Of a stretch of 64,000 nucleotides of DNA, positions 62,201-64,000 are shown one piece after another. Positions within the stretch are counted from its first letter, which is position 1, and each line of letters starts with the position of its first letter. The notes under the pieces are model-generated. The model saw only the letters and a program-made list of their open reading frames with translations, searched no databases and was not told the origin of the DNA. Both the position numbers and the translations under genes were made by a program. Source of the DNA: Acidimicrobiia bacterium (lineage in GTDB: Bacteria > Actinomycetota > Acidimicrobiia > Acidimicrobiales > CAIXPF01); contig CANJRG010000012.1 in NCBI GenBank assembly GCA_947476745.1, positions 20,256 through 84,255 of the forward strand, written 5' to 3'.

Positions 62201-62757
62201 CCCTCGGTCGCCGCGAGACGCCGTTCGGCCCGCTCCTTACGCCGTCGGTACTTGAGGATGCCGGCGGCCTCCTCGATGATCGATCGCCGCTCGTCAGGCC
62301 GGGCATTGAGGATCGCATCGATCTGCCCCTGGGACACGATGACGTGCTGGTTCCGCCCGACCCCGGCGTCGGAAAGCAGATCCTGGATGTCGAGCAAGCG
62401 GCAGGACACCCCGTTGATGGCGTAATCGCTGTCGCCGCTACGGAACAGGGTCCGGGTGATGGTCACCTCGGCGAAGTCGACGGGTAACAAACCCGCCGAG
62501 TTGTCCATGGTGAGGGACACCTCGGCCCGCCCCAGCGCCGCCCGCCGAGCCGTTCCCGCGAAGATCACGTCGTCCATCTTCTGGGACCGGACCGAGGTCG
62601 GCGCCTGGGCACCGAGCACCCAGGCAATGGCGTCGACCACGTTCGACTTACCCGAACCGTTCGGGCCGACGACGACGGTGATACCCGGCTCGAGGTCCAA
62701 CAACGCCTTGTCGGCGAAGGACTTGAAGCCGCGGATTTGGAGAGACTTCAGGAACAT
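59275..62757 (-). CDS. smc: Chromosome segregation protein SMC
   Basis: ATG 62757 (MFLKSLQIRGFKSFADK...). Walker A GPNGSGKSN, long coiled coils, a hinge, and C-terminal LSGGERSLTALGLLFA and Walker B FYVMDEVEAALD. Confidence 0.96.
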   Translation of the reverse strand: MFLKSLQIRGFKSFADKALLDLEPGITVVVGPNGSGKSNVVDAIAWVLGAQAPTSVRSQKMDDVIFAGTARRAALGRAEVSLTMDNSAGLLPVDFAEVTITRTLFRSGDSDYAINGVSCRLLDIQDLLSDAGVGRNQHVIVSQGQIDAILNARPDERRSIIEEAAGILKYRRRKERAERRLAATEGDLARVNDLQRELRRQLRPLEKQARAAQRHETLAGELAALRAFLAGEELTALRNRLEAVTARRAQATELVAGQSSQLVRLDSQIARTEAELRRHGAREVTELLARFDTTRERARGLDAVLTERRRSAQRLASLRFDDDPVAALGDELDEVAQALEDATDALDGLEPSRDEAVESETTVLSEREALLAPFEGGVDPVVARAAEVRRELSALRSGLDRSGGEVGRLGDRETSLATRLGEADGERSRHEAGEVDADTVEDELARTVERAKALRQATEDELTRAEEALRETQAVARGNQARVEVLANALDAARARAGAARLSRLDGVVGTLLDAIDIDAGWEAVFEAAAGEALTAVVVHDVGVARAALELLSGSSQGGAVLAAGHGRGAAGAASAAVAVGVEPIRPHVRGRQAEVDALLDVLLADAVRVAGDWGAALTIAERHPELVVVTDRGDRFGPQGWRVGNSSTGVTGAMLEEAHSLAETASAAVEPARHALEIARQEARAARAAHEQAVRASDEHAGRRRAAVAALQRADKAVADLQRDLTTVRSQLGSIDERNQRDRRRLGELEELLPSLEAAERDEAARAEARAAAEADLDRRRLEAGRRRMELEVQVAQVSQRIAGLTDRRRDLVRRLEVTRRSRQDAEQERERAEQRLVVLERLAVVVQSWAERIAAGAELLQAERRRLSEAAREVGRQLEALRLQRAAAERAMNEQREVASRAELEQAEVSVRLESLLERIARELAVEADQLLALTCPELPEGTSPAARVAELERELAALGPINPLAVEEHRALEERNALIESQVADVKASARELQKVIRAIDEEITNTFAAAFADVAGHFESLFATLFPGGTGALRLTTPDDLLNTGIEVEAKPSGKNVRKLSLLSGGERSLTALGLLFAIFRSRPSPFYVMDEVEAALDEVNLRRFLALLEEFRGEAQLLVVSHQQRTMEIADCLYGVSMKPGESSKVVSERLRSAS

Positions 62758-62955
62758 GCTCGGTCTCGACACTCCCAGAGCCGACGGGACGCCACGGTGG
62801 CGGCTCGGCACTGCGCCCACGTGGCCGCCGCAGAACCTAGCCGCTCACCCGCCCGGGCCGTTCGATCGCCCCGACACCCAACCCGTTCCCTCGGTCCCGA
62901 CCCTGGGGCCGGTCTTCTGGGCGGAAACGGCCCAGCGCGGGCATGCTGGTCGGCG

Positions 62956-63675
62956 ATGAGTTCGACTCCCACGGAAACACCGATGCAACCCACCCCGTTG
63001 GATCGGGCCTTCCTGACCAACATCGGCACGGTGACCGAGCTGATCCTGGTCCGCCACGGCCAGCAAGTCTGGCCCGATCCGGCCACCTCCACGGTTTCGG
63101 AGTGGGTGGACCCGCCGCTGTCGGACCTGGGCCGTCGCCAGGCCGAGGCCGTCGGGCTGGCCCTGGCCGACCGGCGCATCGACGCGGTCTACAGCTCGCG
63201 GCTGGCCCGGGCGCACGACACCGGCCGGGCCATCGCCACCCATCACGGCCTCGAAGTGGAGATCGTGGACGATCTCCGCGAGATCGAAACCTTCCGCGAC
63301 CTCCCCCAGGACGCCCAGCCGGCGAAGGTGCTCGGGGAGCTGGTCCTGCGCGGCGCCCGCGAGCGTTTCGTCCGTCACCGGACCTGGGACGTATATCCGG
63401 GCAGCGAGCGCAACGAGGAGTTCCGCCACCGGGTGGTCAACATCATCGAGGGCATCGTCACCGGCCACCCGGCCAAGCGGATCGTGGTGGCCTGCCACGG
63501 CGGCGTGATCAATGCCTACCTCGGCGAGATTCTCGGCCTGTCGACGGCGATGTTCTTCCGCCCGGCCCACGCCTCCACCCACCGAGTGCGCGCCCTGGGC
63601 GACGTCCGGGCCGTGCAGTCCATCAACGAGGTCCACCACCTCGTGGCGGAAAGCGACCCGCTCGAGAGCTACTGA
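62956..63675 (+). CDS. Histidine phosphatase (phosphoglycerate mutase) family protein
   Basis: ATG 62956. LILVRHGQ (RHG motif) and a later CHGGVI. Confidence 0.85.
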   Translation: MSSTPTETPMQPTPLDRAFLTNIGTVTELILVRHGQQVWPDPATSTVSEWVDPPLSDLGRRQAEAVGLALADRRIDAVYSSRLARAHDTGRAIATHHGLEVEIVDDLREIETFRDLPQDAQPAKVLGELVLRGARERFVRHRTWDVYPGSERNEEFRHRVVNIIEGIVTGHPAKRIVVACHGGVINAYLGEILGLSTAMFFRPAHASTHRVRALGDVRAVQSINEVHHLVAESDPLESY

Positions 63676-63691
63676 ACCCCCGACCGACCCG

Positions 63692-64000
63692 TCAGACCTG
63701 GCAATCGGCGCAGCGATAGCACGGCTTGCCCTCGTACTTCTCCACCACCACCGTGCCCCGGCAGCGGCGGCAGGGCTGGCCGTCCCGGCCCCACACCTCG
63801 AGGTGCTCCTGGTACCCGCCCGGCTTGCCGGCAAGGTCGGTGAACGCGTTGGCCGCAGCGGTACTTCCGCCGGCCTTCAGCGCATCGTGCAGGACCTCCG
63901 CCACCGCCCGATAGAGCCGACGCAGTTCCTGCGAGCCGAGCTTGTCGGCCCGGCGGTCAGGGCGCAACCCGGCCTGCCACAGGATCTCGTCGGCATAGAG
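63692..64000 (-). CDS. mutM: Fpg/Nei-family DNA glycosylase, C-terminal part (N-terminus beyond the window)
   Basis: Own translation to the window edge: LYADEILWQAGLRPDRRADKLGS... (H2TH) and a zinc finger CRRCRGTVVVEKYEGKPCYRCADC. Confidence 0.85.
   Translation of the reverse strand, partial: LYADEILWQAGLRPDRRADKLGSQELRRLYRAVAEVLHDALKAGGSTAAANAFTDLAGKPGGYQEHLEVWGRDGQPCRRCRGTVVVEKYEGKPCYRCADCQV

Overview
The window is a very GC-rich bacterial chromosome segment, with composition judged by eye, not computed. Gene content and order look actinobacterial: rpsB-tsf-pyrH-frr-cdsA-dxr-rseP-ispG-proS, rimP-nusA-ylxR-infB-rbfA-truB-ribF, rpsP-KH-rimM-trmD-rplS, yraN-comM-dprA-whiG, and smc/ftsY/ffh. 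An Acidimicrobiia-like lineage is only a guess. About 60 CDS are supportable. Most are minus-strand housekeeping genes in tightly packed operons, many with ATGA/GTGA start-stop overlaps.

Non-core islands:
- 1-6.8 kb: DsbA-like protein, a beta-propeller protein, a MaoC dehydratase pair, an alcohol dehydrogenase, DUF1330, and a GNAT-amine oxidase fusion.
- 6.8-10 kb: a csoR-copZ-(small ORF)-copA copper operon with a recognisable CsoR operator.
- 10.7-13.7 kb: a TroA/Znu-type metal ABC transporter plus a Fur-family regulator.
- 43.8-44.9 kb: three plus-strand genes between comM and yraN.
- 50.8-59.2 kb: HtrA, rhodanese, an AhpD-like protein, a two-component system, and a MoxR-DUF58-VWA operon.

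I found no rRNA, tRNA, CRISPR array, transposase, integrase, phage gene or recognisable defence system. I do not see convincing evidence for a new multi-gene system.

The most unusual observations:
1. A single ORF in which a GNAT domain is followed by a flavin amine oxidase whose C-terminal FAD-binding segment precedes its N-terminal Rossmann motif. This looks like a circular permutation.
2. A perfect 22-bp inverted repeat that covers the start of an apparently N-terminally shortened DUF503 gene between infB and rbfA.
3. The three-gene plus-strand insertion between comM and yraN (membrane protein, Zn-ribbon protein, unknown protein).
4. An LytM/M23 domain protein downstream of whiG with every metal-ligand position substituted.
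5. A perfect TATAAT plus a 12-bp hairpin in front of rimP-nusA.
6. Coding and non-coding tandem repeats: the nusA tail, infB, and a 3 x 17 bp intergenic repeat.

All family assignments come from reading motifs by eye. No searches were run.
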